64,000 nt of DNA from Takakia lepidozioides. Lineage: Eukaryota > Plantae > Bryophyta. Shown here piece by piece: positions 1-12,822 of this stretch. Each line of letters opens with the position of its first letter. Position 1 is the first letter of the stretch. Both the position numbers and the translations under genes were made by a program. The notes below the pieces were generated by a model. That model made no database searches. It was not told the origin of the DNA and saw nothing but the letters and a program-made list of their open reading frames with translations. Location: assembly GCA_030704615.1 (NCBI GenBank), contig CM060734.1, positions 27,838,001-27,902,000 on the forward strand, given 5' to 3'.

Positions 1-641
1 GTGTGGACGACGAAAACGTGAAGATTTCCATATTCGATGGTGGTATGATTGAAGGGCAGGACATTGTGGTGAACATCACTAGGGGCGGTACAACGGCTGC
101 AATCGACTTTACATGGAGGAGCCCCATGACTCATGAGCTAGTTCTGAGAGCAGTCGAAGTCCCATTGACAACGTGACTTGTATTCAGTAGGCACAGGGCT
201 AAAGATTTGATTGCACAATCAGCACAGTAGACGTGCTTCAAATGCAATTCATGTGGATCAATAAAAACCTCATTGTGCCCTCTTTTTATTCTATTCTGTG
301 TCCATCGTTCCGAGAATGCGTCATTGCTCATTTCGTTTGGGATTGGGAGTGTGGGTGGATTTTGCAAGTGGCTGGTAGGCTGAAATGGGCCCCCATTGTA
401 CAGAGCAGTACCACCCTACCATTCGCGAAACATTGCCTTTCAATATATAATTCTAAATAACATTGCCGAACCTCCTTCATCGGGAGGTCCTTCTCCCCCT
501 ATGACCGTGGCACCCTAAACCCTATTCCCGCGGACACTCATTTCCGGAAAATAGTGCTGCTCATGTTTTTTTCCACACTTACGACTCTGCTCATGGCTCA
601 TGCCGCTCATGGCTCATGGCTCATGAAATAGCAGCCCCCCC
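1..641. mobile_element. Terminal fragment of MULE-like element (copy 0) with subterminal GCTCATG repeats and a C-run terminus
   Basis: GCTCATG at 559, 589, 596, 605, 612 and 619, followed by a C-run (635-641) that abuts LINE sequence. The same architecture occurs at 43636-43688. Confidence 0.65.
3..176 (+). CDS. 3' end of ORF-X homolog (unknown protein carried by the MULE-like element); runs off the window start
   Basis: Frame 3 reads VDDENVKISIFDGGMIEGQDIVVNITRGGTTAAIDFTWRSPMTHELVLRAVEVPLTT*, which aligns with the C-terminus of ORF 38263-38844 (VKLSLFDGGLIEGHDIVVNLKRAATTTAIHFTWRSPLTHELVFRPVEVPSTS*). Confidence 0.8.
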   Translation: MDDENVKISIFDGGMIEGQDIVVNITRGGTTAAIDFTWRSPMTHELVLRAVEVPLTT

Positions 642-1248
642 TGGGAGCATAGCCGCACCATTCTACTCCCTAAAAAAAGAGACCCTACAGATCTCAGTAA
701 TTACAGGCCTATAGCCTTAGCCAACACCATATACAAACTATTCACCAACACGCTCACCACAATGCTCTCAAACTATGGCGAACACCAAATTCTCAGTGAC
801 CCACAAGAATGATTCCGAGCTACACGTAGCACAACACGACAAATACAGTATGTTCTATCCGCCCTCGAAGACGCCAAACTTACAAAGCAAGACATAGATC
901 TTCTGTATATCGATTTTAAAAATGCCTTCGGCTCTCTAGACCATGCTAGATGCTTGACCTTGGGTACCCCCATGTATGTTGTCCAACTTATAGGTAACAT
1001 CTACACAAACAACACCACTGAATACTTTGGTGCATACTATAGCTCCACCCCGCCTATCCCCATCCTTCGAGGAACTATCCAAGGTGACATCTTAAGCCCC
1101 TACCTATTCATTATCTTCCTCGAAACCCTACTCCGATGGCTAACCCGTGGTAAGCTTGGATATCAATACAAAACCTCCTCAAGTGACATTTCAACTGCAG
1201 CATATGTAGACGATCTCGCCATCTTGGCACATAAACCACAACACCTAA
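642..1248 (+). mobile_element. LINE (non-LTR) reverse transcriptase fragment, degenerate
   Basis: NYRPIALANTIYKLF, YIDFKNAFGS, RGTIQGDILSPYLF and AAYVDDLA motifs. Same family as 60946-62430. Confidence 0.9.
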
Positions 1249-2085
1249 ACAGACAGGGAGAGCTAGATCATTACCAACACTAGTTTATGTGATAGTGTTG
1301 CTATCTATTAAACGAGTAGAGTTTGAAAGTTGGAATCAAGAGTGAACGTTCACACTCATATGCATGAAGAGCTTGAATTGGTAAAGAATTGGATCCCCAA
1401 GGATATCTTGTGGATCAAGCTTACACCAAGAATAGCCTTTCAGACCTGCCTTCCATATGGTTATATGGTAACTGAGTCTTCTAGTCTAGCCAAGGATGCA
1501 TTTCATGGCCTGCCACAGTATCTAGTACAGCCTCTGTGAATGGCAAAAGAAATGGGTCTTTCTTTGTGCAGTCATACAGTTTCTTGTAATTGACACAAAC
1601 TCTCAGTTTGCCATTTTTCTTTGGAACTATCACAATGGGTGATAGCCAAGTTGTATACTCTATTGGTTATATGAACTTAGCTTCTGCCAGCTTCTTAATC
1701 TCTTCCCCCACCTTCTGTGCATAGTTGGGATTCATCTTGGATCTTGCTTGCTTAATTAGTATTGAACCTGGTTCCAATTCAATTTTATGTTGGCAAATCT
1801 CAGGGGGTATCCCCTTCAAATCTTTATAACTCCAAGCAAATACATCTTTGTATTTAATGAATAAGCTCTTAGTTTCCTCAAAGAATTCAGATTCCAAGTC
1901 AGCTCCTACTTTAACCATCCTTGGTTCCTCATCAGTTCCCACATTAACTTCTCTCACTTGCTCATCAGCTGTAATGGTCCACCCAACCACTATTTTATCC
2001 TGTAAAGTAATTGTGGTTGGTTCCTCTAGGATTTATATTTCTCCCTCTCTTTCCTCATAGAAATGTGGTGGGTAACTACTTTCTG
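1249..2085. mobile_element. Rearranged fragments of Ty3/Gypsy family B: upstream ORF on + (about 1249-1516) and RT on - (about 1517-2085)
   Basis: VHTHMHEELELVKNWIPKDILWIKLTP matches ORF 24288-24896. KYKDVFAWSYKDLKGIPPEICQHKIEL matches RT ORF 20454-21266. Confidence 0.9.
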
Positions 2086-2091
2086 TTTCCC

Positions 2092-3722
2092 TTGGGATCC
2101 AGCACCATTGAGGCCACAGAGTAGTGCCACTCCTCCTCGGTGCTATGATATCTCTCGATCATGTTCGTCCAGGCAAGCAATCGGTGGTTGCCATCCCACA
2201 CATGAAACATCTTGCCAGAGAAAGGCTGGGTGACGAGCCTCTTGCAAATGATAGATTCGAACTCATCGTTTATCTGTCGCCAGATAGGATCCCAGCCTCC
2301 AACAATGGACTCGTCCACTAACACCTCTCTGCTAGCGGAGTCTGCCAAGGAGACGTAAAAAACAGATTGACCCTCTATGTACCCATGGCAAAAATCATGT
2401 TCCAACTTTTGAATGTCGTTTGTCAGAGCTGGTCGAACGAAGGGCATGGAGATCAAACGACATAGGGGTATCATTATTTTTCCCCCAGGGACGCCCATGG
2501 CCTTGATGACTTGGGCAGAATTCACTTTGGAGAATGAAAGCAGATCTTTCGCTTTGTCTTCATATGGCCTGCCATCGTCCTCCTCCTCAACAACCACTAG
2601 TTCCTTCTCAATCACTTCTTCCTCGACCTGAGTAGCACCTTTCATTTTCTTCGTCTACTCTCAAAACGAAAGGTTACGAATGTAAAAGACTTGCCAGAAA
2701 TTGCGTGCTTCAACGCACGCAATTTTCCACCCTCTGAAAGGTACTCATTTCTTTGCCTATTTCATACCCAAAGTCAATCTACTCTCTTCCATAAAAGTAT
2801 GCAGCAGACATTTAATCTAATCTCCTTGAATAGGCAGAAAGGTGAGTGTGAAAGAACCTCTAGAAACTGCGTGCGTTGACGCACGGAATTTCTGGGGGTT
2901 CTCTCACACTCACTTTTCTGCCTATTCAGGGATTCTGTCTCTGTTAACACAACACAGCTGAGAGAAGGCCATACAGAGAACCTCCAAAATTTGAGTGCGT
3001 CAACGCACGCAGTTTCTGGCGGTTCTCTCACACTCACTTTTCTACCTATTTAGGGCTTCTATCTCTGTTAAACTCAGTACAACTGAGAGAAGGTCATAGA
3101 GAGAACATTCCAAAATTGCGTGCGTTGACGCACTCAATTTCTGGAGGTTCTCTGTATGGCCTTCTCTCAGCTGTCAAACTCTAATCTACTTGGGATGGTA
3201 CAACCATTATGCAATGTGAAAGTCTCTCCTCCTATGCAGTACATGAAAAGTGAGAAGTGGGTCACACCCGGGTTTGGTTGTTATGCATTGCCTGCATCCC
3301 TGTGGTCTTACTCTGAATGATCAAGCAAAAAAAAGCAAAAAAGAGGGCAAGAAAATTGCGTGCGCCACCGCACGCAATTTTCATGCCCTGGAAACTTGAC
3401 AGAAGATGGCAAGTAAGAGAATCACCTGAGGTCCTTTGGCCGAAGAACTCCCAGATGCCTTTGACGTGGCAACAACGACAACCTTCTTAACCTTTGGCGT
3501 CGCCTCCTCCTCCACGACGTTCTTACCCTTCGGCGTGGATTCCTTCGCAAGAGCGTCTACCTCGTCTGTGTCCATAGCGTCTGTGTCGTCCTCTAACGCA
3601 GTTTTGTCCCCAATTTCATCACGAGCTGGCGGCTGGTCCTCCACCGCCATGTGTTTGGTTTCCAGGGTTGCGCTCTCCTCTGCGATCTCCTTCAGTGTCA
3701 TGTTCAGCTTTCGGCTTTTCAT
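2092..3722 (-). pseudogene. Spliced ParB/Sulfiredoxin-like domain gene of MULE-like copy 1 (exons 3722-3426 and 2654-about 2092; 3' end truncated by Gypsy fragment)
   Basis: Acidic/Lys-rich exon 1 ends ...KGPQ|GT (3425). AG|TKKMKG acceptor at 2655/2654 is in the same phase. Exon 2 has IPLCRL..VRP and FHVWDGNHRLLAW, fitting the GxxRxxA motif of ParB/Srx N-terminal domains. Confidence 0.75.
2698..3381. repeat. Five intronic palindromes AAATTGCGTGCG-n4-CGCACGCAATTT, the middle ones within ~125-bp repeat units
   Basis: Copies at about 2698, 2864, 2988, 3113 and 3353, all inside the ParB-like gene intron (2655-3425). Confidence 0.9.
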
Positions 3723-4481
3723 TCTCTCTCTTGCCTTCTTCCTCTCTCGCGCTGAAGTAAAAAAGAATGACTGTCTTCTACGCCTTCCACTCTCTCGCGC
3801 GAAACTCTGTCTCCTGCTACTCTCCAACTTGAAAAACTACGATCTACTGGAATGAGAGACGTCGTGCGATGAGTAGCAGCCGGGGCATCGCTCTCGGCGG
3901 TTATGCATGTATTCACTGCATACCTGTCCCCCTCCTAACGGCACACTCGTCCATTCTGCGGTGGCCGCCGTCTTTCATTATGGAGGTATGGCCATTGCAT
4001 GGATTTGATTCAGATGGATGACTAATTTCAGTAGATTTTTTGGATTCTCCCGGATGAACATCTTCCATTCGTTCGACGCCGATTCCTCTTAAACCCTATA
4101 CTCAATGCATGTCGGGTACCACGTGGCTGATCACATTGGGGTGGCATGGGATGCCGGTCTCCGCCGTCATTTCACATGTGTCTGTAAAGGCACATAACTG
4201 CTTAACAACTGTTTTATGAACTGTTTTGACAACTGTTTCTGAAAGGCTCTTTAACGGTATGTCAACTTTAAAAATAGGTCTTGGCTGACCCTTCTAGAAC
4301 GGTTTGGGACATCCATGACGTGTTGTCCTTTGCCGACCTCGTTAGTAAAGGTGACGGACTTTTGGGTTTCGGTCTAAAATGCAAAGCATGAGAAATGTAA
4401 TCCCCACTATCGTTTGTAACAAGAATCCGCATAGAAGTTGTGGCTTCCGCACTTCTGCGAGGGAATTGCTCTTGCAGCAAC

Positions 4482-7400
4482 ATGGCTTCCTCCAAAGCGG
4501 AGTTTTACTCTGTGGAGCAACCAGTACCTTTCTCGAAGGAGACCGATGACAATGGTTTTGCAATTGCGGAGGAACATCTCCTAGCAACGCGTTTCGAGTT
4601 CCAGTATGGTACTGTGTGGCTGGAAAGAGAGGTTTACGGTGTCGATGGGAGGTTGAAGAAGTATGCTTTCCAGAAATCGGATGAAAACGCACTTATGAGT
4701 CAGTGGAGAGTTCCTCCAGGAAGATACAGAGTCCTTGGAGCTCCTCGCCGGCAGTCGATTGGTTCGTATGTGACGTCGGGAACTGCTGCTTCTGTTGTTC
4801 AAGACAAGAGGAATGTGGTCATGAAGACGGAGCCCACAACTTCCAGACAAATTGTTGAACTCTCCGAATCCTCGGAGGAGGACGTCCCGAAAAATCCTTT
4901 TCTTGCTCCTTCTCCGGTGGTCGTGGTGCCGGAATTGAAGGACCTGTGTAGTGTTATTCCTAAACTGAAGTCAATGGGAGGAATGCCCGGTTTCAAGAGT
5001 GAATTGCGGGGGATTGACTGGGACACTGTCCCTGTTGAGCATGTGCAGTACCTTCCAGAATCTTTTGATGGGGATGTCGTCTTCAAGCTGCCTCCACCTA
5101 GGCGGGGTGGACCCGTTTTGAGCCTCATGCACGGAATGGACAAGAGACATGATGGACACCCATGGTGCAGAATGAAGACATCCAATATTCAAAATGATGA
5201 CAAGCTCATGTTCAGTAGAGTGGTGTGCAATGGGAACCTGAGGTGCGAGAATTTGAGTTGAAGACATTTCCTGCGGTTAGAGGTTCAGAACCAGAGCGAG
5301 TGGGAGGGTGTCGCCAAGAATCCTTTCAAGCCCGGTGAAGCACCTCCAAGCTCCAACACTTTCGTTTGCAAGTTCTGCAAACGAGCGCCTTCCTGTGTGG
5401 CAGTGTGTGGAGCAAGAATGTACTATGTGGTGCACCGTTTTCCAACCTTGACTAGAGCCGGTGTGCATTTCGGGTTCCACAACCATCCAGTGTCGAAGGG
5501 GGATTACAGGGAAAGCGTTGAAACAGTATCTAGGTTTATAAGACTAGAGTATAAGAGCAATCCAACAGCCACCACCTCCACAATTGTTCTTGGAGCAAGC
5601 AAGACTTTCCTGGAAACCCATATTCTTAGTGAAGGAGATTCTGTGGGCAGGAAACTCGACGGGTCAGCCTTGGACAATGTTATGGATCACTTCTCTACCT
5701 TGAGCTCGCCGAACATTAAAAACCAGATGAATGCATTGAGGATGGGCTCTGCTAACAGAGGGTACGTTGATAACATTTTCGAGTTGAAGCGACGGAGCAG
5801 ATATGACTACATTCAAGAGAGTGTGTTCTCAGGTCAAGGGTCCAACAAAGTGTACGTTTTCAAAATGTCCACAGCCGGGGAGGGCAGCGGAGTCAGTCTT
5901 GTGAAGTGCATGCAGAAGGGTGGCGATCTTCAGAACTGTTTCCTTATGTTTGATCACGTCAAACGAGTGAAAGACTGGACTACAATGGCGTGTCATGTTT
6001 ACGATCCTTTCTACCAGCGAGTCATGACAATTGCAGTGTGTGACATGCAATCAGAGGATGCGGATTCGCAACAGCTAATGTGGAGAAGTCTCATTCGCGT
6101 TATGGACTCCCAAGGTGTCCCATGTCCAAATTTCACCGGATTTATGGCAGACAGTGCTCAAGCGAACTTCAATGCTATTCACATTGTGTTTGGATCAGGA
6201 GATCCAAAGGTGCCAATGCCAGGAAGAGAGCGAACATGTCTTTTCCATTGGACCCAGTCCCTTGAGAAACATACAAAGGCAGACATCAAACCGGAAATGC
6301 AGCGTATTCATCTTAGGCTATGCAAACAGTACAAAGATGCGAAAAGCATGGCAAAGGCGAATACATTGTTCCAGACAATTCATGCCTGGTGGTTCTCATC
6401 TGGGGCTGCATCAGAAGACAGTATGAGAGTGCTAGAAGATTGGCTGACATTTTGGCATTTCCGGTACAGACAATGGGGAGCATGCATGACAACGGTGCGT
6501 GCATTTGAAAACTTGAAAATTTCATTGACTTTGTATCCATTTCCAATCATGTCTGTTGTGGTGGGGTGTACCTGTCCTCTTTCTGATATATGTTTTTCCA
6601 TTTTGTAGCACTTCTCAATTGAGGAGATGGCGGACATGCCCTCTTGCAATCTGGCGGAGACGGTGCACAATGTATAGTTGCAGCAATCTGGAAAGCGGGG
6701 CCGGGATTTGTATGTGGCGACGGCAGATGATCTGATTCGAGCTCTACTGCAACAGACGAGATATCGGGAGTTCTTGTGGGGTGGCGTTGGTGGCAAGGGT
6801 CCAGACAAGTCCGAGTTGATGTTGTGAGCAGCAAGAAGATCAAGGGATCCGAACAAGATTGCCAGGGCTGTCAGCATGTGTGCGGAAGGAACTCCACTGG
6901 TGTCCAGAGTTCCCCATCTGGAGGGTGAGGAGAGATTCGGGTCTTGTAAACGGAAATTGAACACCCCTCCTGGGTCGGATGCGGACTCCCACAAGCCGGA
7001 CAGGGACAACTTTGCCATGCCGCGTGTTCCATTTCATCAGAGGTTCGTTTCCGGCATATTCAGTGCGGACGATCCTTTGTAACAAAGCCAAAGGCAGCCA
7101 TCTCCCATAGTGAGTGCAATGGGGTAGGAGGCGAACGTGCTCCCCCCTATGGTGGAGTCCATGTGCCTCGACGAAGTTTGGCACATAGAACGCACCACTG
7201 GTGGGTCTCGAGTGAAGTGCACGGCAATCAGAGCAACCAATCATGAGAAATGCAAGTCCTTCGTATCCAGAGGCAAGGTCCGCACTCCGGCTCCGACCTT
7301 CACTGGTTTGTTCACGCCTTACGGGCAAGCCGAGGCGAAGAACCACAAATTCTGGTTCTGCCCTGACGACTGTGGTAGGTGCGTGCGTGGGACTGTGCGA

Positions 7401-8053
7401 CCATCGGTTGTCATGAAGCCTCCTCCACCAAGCGTTTGGCCTGTGAAGGTGGGGACACATCTCACAACTCACGAGATTGCCATGCTGGAGGAGGCAGGCT
7501 TCTCCCTTCAGCGAGCCCCCTCTGTACATGCAGGTGCTTCTACTTCAGCAAGTTCTGGAGTGCCACCACCGAACGCTGATGCATGGTCAACAAACGAAAT
7601 GGGAAGCTGGTTCGTCGTTTCCCTCCGACTGCCGAGCATTTCGGCAAGGTGGAATCCGCTCGAATGCTTCAAGGTCGTGTTACAGGCACTACGGAAGTTC
7701 CACATCCCGGGTATGGACGAATCTACACTATGATGACCTCCACATCCGCTATGCACGACCGGTTGTACAACATCACAGTTTCAAATTACCCCAACTGCAC
7801 CTATCCAGATTTTGTTGGCATGCTTACAACAAGTTTGGGAAAGACGGGCAAATTTATACCCTGCAAGCATCTGTATTTTATCTTCTTGAACATAATGGTA
7901 TATGATCCCAGACGCGACATCTTCATTCACCAGGCCACCATGAGTTTCAACGAGGTGAATACACTTATGCAACGGGATAGGAGCACACAACATCCTCTTC
8001 ACTTTGGTCATCTGGAAATTCCATTATTGGATTTCACAAGAGTTGAAACTTGA
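4482..8053 (+). pseudogene. Mutator-like DDE transposase (WRKY/GCM-like Zn finger, DDE core, SWIM), copy 1, with one intron (6495-6608), in-frame stops and frameshifts
   Basis: DGHPW..CNGNLRCEN..C..C..HNHP; catalytic-type MFDHVK, FMADSA, CLFH and, after the GT-AG intron, NLAETVH; C-terminal YNITVSNYPNCTYPDF..CKHLYFIF (SWIM). Confidence 0.85.
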
Positions 8054-8224
8054 ACTTGATGTCCCTTCATATATTTGATGCCAATGCAGCCTCCAATTAT
8101 GTTGTGCAATGTGTGACATTTCTTTCTTGTGCGTAGTCGTTCGAAAATAAATGGAATGGATGCAAATGCTTTCACAAGTCGTTCCTGCATTTTAATTTCT
8201 GGTGTTTTGCATGAATGAATGTGC

Positions 8225-8407
8225 AAACACACGGTTAATCCAATTTACCTCTCCCACTTTTATAAGCTAGCATGCATTCTACATACTAGCCAACCATACC
8301 ATGCATCACCATTCCAAACAAAATAGGAAACACAACATTTGGAAACCATTTCATTTATAAACAAAATTTGTACAACACAAGTCTTTGCAATCGGATTCCT
8401 GAGCTAG
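8225..8407 (-). repeat. ~180-bp copy of the chromovirus 3' non-coding region (matches about 12288-12470)
   Basis: Near-identical text ttaatccaatttacctct...atcggattcctgagctag at both places. Confidence 0.9.
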
Positions 8408-9849
8408 AAGGGCAATCAAAATATGTCAGAGTACATGAGCTCACTTGAATATTACACCAGCTGGATTTTTTGTTCAAAATATGCTCGTGTATGTTGCTAA
8501 AGGTCTGGATAATCCCAAGGCTGGATACATGTACATGAAGGGCTGCCTGTCAGTTGATGCCAATCGGCCGCTGCCCCAGGACAATGCAGACTCCTCAGAT
8601 GTAGGGCATGATTGTTCCCTTGAAATTGCTCTGGATTCCCTTTCAATAGCTGCTAGCTGGTGGTTGACAAGACCAACTGCGAGGACAGACGTCACCAGTC
8701 AGCGTGATGTGGATGAATCTCTCTACCTCAAGCCAATGAAGCTTGTGACTGTCCCGATCACTTACAAATGAAAGTAGGTTGGGATCTTTTTTCAGAAGGA
8801 TCTAGAAGGGCTTGGTGGAATGCTGACGCTACTTCTCCCAACTGGTCATAGCTGCTGCTCCTCTTGCCTTAGCAGCATAGAGACTGTCTTTCATGCAATT
8901 TGGGATCCTCTCTGCTTACATAGTTGCTTTTTGCTCACCAGCAACAAGACTTGCACTACTTCTGCCCTAACTGCTTATTGTTGGCCTTATGGAAAGACGA
9001 ACCAGAACGCAAAACCGATGGTGCTCCCCCCAAACTGGGTCTATCAGCAACACCATCCATGCTCCAACACTGCTCCCAATCAGCTGCTCAAGAGGGCTGC
9101 AACCATGCACCCAACGACAGATATCAAGAAATTGACTAAAGTTATGGTGCCATTGCTGTACCATTGCCAGCAATCTCTCATCATGGTAGAGCAAGAGGTG
9201 ATAGAGAAAGAGTTTGGGGAATTCCACGCAAAGAAACAAGAGTTGCAGATTTGGCAGCAAGAAGCTGAAGAGACTTTGCAGAATGTGTGTGGCAGCCAAG
9301 ACATCTTGCTGGACTGGTCTGAGGTACGTCATCTTATTAGCGTCAAGCCACCATCAAGATCTCTTGTTGAGGATGACAATGATCATGAAAATGACTTGCT
9401 CTTACCTGGATCTGCTCAAGCTCTTGTTGTGGGAAAAGTTGGTGGGGGGAAAGCAAACAGACCTGACTGGCTTTTCAACTCGAGCCCTTTATTAAGTAGC
9501 TCTCATGGTGCATAGAGCAGCAGCACAAAATCTCAAGCTGAAACCACAACAAGGACCAATGTCCATTTACAGCCTCTAAGGGCAACTGAAGTAATTCATG
9601 AAGATGACTTGTCTTGGAAGCTCTCTTTTGGCCGCCACCAGCTAATTCCTGGAGGAGGGGGATCAATGGAAGATGAAGGTATGAAACTTGCCTTCTTCAT
9701 AGAGACAAAGCCCAACAATGTATCACCTGTGTTTACTTATGCTTGCAATCATTTTCCAAGCCTGATAACCCTACAGTTGGGCAGAGATCACGTCCAAGCT
9801 GATGGAACAGTGCCAAATATGAGTTTCACTAATACCCTATAAATGTACT

Positions 9850-10060
9850 GCATGCCAAACGTGGTGGTGTGAAGGGCGACATGCATGTACTGTCCGGGAA
9901 TGCACAACGGGAAATTTGGCTTTGCCACCATAGCAAACAGCTCGTAGGCTATGACCAACAAGGGTGCAGGCTGGAGGCTTTGGCAACCTATCATCAAATG
10001 CTACGCAAAGTCGGCAACCTGATCATATCACATCTATTTGTGCATGCAGCATAGTTGCAT
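9850..10060 (+). pseudogene. Degenerate PPR-like fragment
   Basis: LVGYDQQGCRLEALATYHQMLRK..QPDHITSICAC resembles a PLS-class P/L motif junction. Confidence 0.4.
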
Positions 10061-10675
10061 GTGCCAGACATAATTCTGACTTTTTCCGAAGCTGGCTGCC
10101 GCAGCAATGGACCTATGAGCTTATTGGGGCTTGCTCCTATGTGAATGCCAGCTGCCATTATCAGCTGCTAGCCTTCAGATGCAGTGCTGCTGTAAGTGGT
10201 TGTATTTATTCCAAGCAAAAGACAAGCCTCTTTGCCTCCTCCCAATTTGGCGTCAGCCCTCTCCACCTTGATCTCAACCTTCGGCATACCCCATCAAAGA
10301 AGCATGTCAAGTGCCTCAAGAAACACGAGAGGATTGCCGCCATCAGTAACTTACTGTTGCAAAGGCTCCATAGCACAGCACATGCGCCACCATTACTGGG
10401 AGATCAACTAAGTATCTATGTACACTTAAGTGCTATTCTCTACAATTGGTGCTGGATCAAGCCCTCCTGCTTTGGACTTACTTCCTCGTATATGCCAAGA
10501 GGCCATGGCGATTCAGGTTTTTGCATCACCAAAGTCACCAGATGTGCTACAGTTGGTCTAAGTCTGCCCACTCTATCACTTCCCGGTGGCATTGCTGCGA
10601 GGATTGCAGGCTCCCACAGACTTACATGTCCATATGCTGGCTGAATGGTGTTGTCACTGGGGGTTGGTGTTGTGA

Positions 10676-11288
10676 TACCCTGCCCTTAGCTTACGAGCAG
10701 CGCATATGTGAATTTATGAAGCTCTTTCCCAGCTACGTCCCTCATTCCCCCCACCCTACTATATTTTTACGGATAGCTTAACCTCATCCTAAATTTACTC
10801 CGCAACCACCTTGCCTGCCCCACCTCCCACCACCACCATCCAGATCGGAACCTCAAGCATAGCCAGTTGAGTGGACCGAAGGATCTATCTCAGCTATTGT
10901 TAGCCTTGCCATTTCCATAGATCAGTACCCCATCCATTTCCTAAAAGTCCATTCACACACTGGTATTAATGGTAATGAGGAGGTGGACCTCCTCGCTCAA
11001 CTGGGGGCCTCCAAACCCGCAATTGAACCCACGGCAGATCCCATACACATTGCACATACCCACCCATTTTGGCTAATCCACCCTGTTCATGTTTCCCCGG
11101 AACCTCGACCAATCCACAACCTTCTTACCAACCTAACTCGTGAAGCCCACAAGCAAGCCTCAGCCTCGATCAGTCACACCAAAATGCATATCCAAAAATG
11201 GACACACTCTACAGTGCTACATCACAAACTTTCGAACTACTTCTGGCACATTCGAGCCGCATCAGACGCACAAATACGACAAACACTC
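10676..11288 (+). mobile_element. LINE 3' fragment with RNase H-like domain
   Basis: IFTDSL...FLKVHSHTGINGNEEVDLLA is an RNase H C-terminal motif. C-rich codon usage resembles the other LINE pieces. Interrupted by an LTR at 11289. Confidence 0.75.
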
Positions 11289-11790
11289 TGTCGCGCACCT
11301 CACTTCGGTAAACTCCCCTTCAAGTCATAGTTACTCGCTTTGATGCGCGCGCCTAACTCCCAAACCAGCCGCCGTGCCAACTCGGAGCTTCGGTTGCTCA
11401 TCGGGGCATAATGGTCCCCCTCACACTCCCACTCGACCCTCGACTTGTTGGGCTCACTGGAAATTCCCTTTGGTTGATGGCAGTCTGGAACAGCTCCCCA
11501 CACCTTGGTCGCTTTCCGGCTCGCATGCTTACTCACTAGTTTTTGGTCACCAACGGGCTTGCACCGTTCTCAGGGTTACTAATCCCTACGCTACCACCAC
11601 CCCTCGTGGAGCCCCCACCACCGCCACCCGGTTTGCGGGGCTCCACCTAGTGAGCGCCACTGCCTCCTTGAGTGCCTTCGGCACTCAATGGTGCTTCAGC
11701 CCCCTTTCCTATTTGCTGCCACTACCCCCACCACAGGGGCAGCCCCTCTTGTGTCCCGACCCCCTGCCCTCAAGGCAAAGGGCTGCGACA
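11289..11790 (-). repeat. LTR of family A (TG...CA)
   Basis: Reverse complement of the LTRs at 31589-32114 and 55582-56306; inverted termini TGTCGC...GCGACA. Confidence 0.9.
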
Positions 11791-12822
11791 CACAGTACCC
11801 CTGCCAATGAGGAGTCGATGTCCTCATCAACTTGTCCCTTTTTGTGGAAACTAACATCCAAGTTGTGGCGTCCCACATCAAGGAGTTTGTTTCCGTACCA
11901 TGGCGTCCCATGGCAAAGAACCAAACTCCCACTTGACTCTACTCTCCACTAGCTAGTTCGGCCGACTTCATCCAAGTCCCGGCCAAGGGTTGAGCCTCTC
12001 AAGCTCCACCCAGTGCACTCTTCTTGGCCCACTTCAAGGCCAAGGAACGATCCTCCCCGAGGATCGAATCGCCTTACTGCAACAACATTGCTTGCAACCG
12101 CTCATGATGTCGTAGTACGTGAACGGAAGTACGTAGCTTCCGCGTTAGCCCGCACTACAAGGCAACCTCCTCGATAGCGCAGTTATAATACGCGCACGCG
12201 CCAGGTGCGCACTAGCACGTGAACTCCCAAAGAAGGCGCAAGTTTTCTTGCCCCTTGGATTGGAGTCACCCGATTTTGGCACTGCACAAACACACGATTA
12301 ATCCAATTTACCTCTCTCACCTTTGTAAGCTAGCATGCATTCTACACACTAGCCAACTATACCATGCATCACCATTCCAAACAAAATAGGACGCACAACA
12401 TTTGGAAACCATTTCATTTATAAACAAAATTTGTACAACACAAGTTTTTGCAATCGGATTCCTGAGCTAGCTAAACCGGACTAAGCATGCATTTCCTCCC
12501 CCACGATCCAAGGTTGATGTCCCCATCAACGCTTCTTCCGCTTTTGAGGTCGCCCTTCAAAAGCTGCAACCGCCTCGGATGCGTTTCCCATTTCTGAGGC
12601 ACGCACCAAGTTGCCTCCACTTGATGATAGCCCTTCCATTTCACGAGATACTCCGTTTCTCGATTCTTGAATCTCCTCGACTTAAGCACTGCCTCCACCT
12701 CGTACTCAGGTTCATTTTCATGATCCAACAGCACGGGTGGCGGACGCAACACTTGATGCTGATTCGGACGCGCTTCATCTTTGAAGTAAGGCTTCAAAAC
12801 GGAAACGTGGAATACTGGATGC
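11289..12822 (-). mobile_element. 3' end of chromoviral Ty3/Gypsy family A (chromodomain, 3' UTR, 3' LTR)
   Basis: ORF 12471-12797 contains EYEVEAVLKSRR..EYLVKWKGY..EATW (chromodomain). LTR at 11289-11790. Confidence 0.9.

Noticed and set aside
6380-7529. Long antisense ORFs over the transposase (and similar ones over gag/pol)
   Set aside because: Shadow frames of the coding strand with no independent motifs.
1-8220. Copy 0 and copy 1 as one continuous element
   Set aside because: A terminus-like structure at 559-641 plus LINE and Gypsy fragments separate them, so linkage cannot be shown from this window.
8445-10644. ORFs 8445-8771, 8820-9515 and 9964-10644 as real genes
   Set aside because: No recognisable motifs apart from a short PPR-like piece; they look like scrambled gene fragments.
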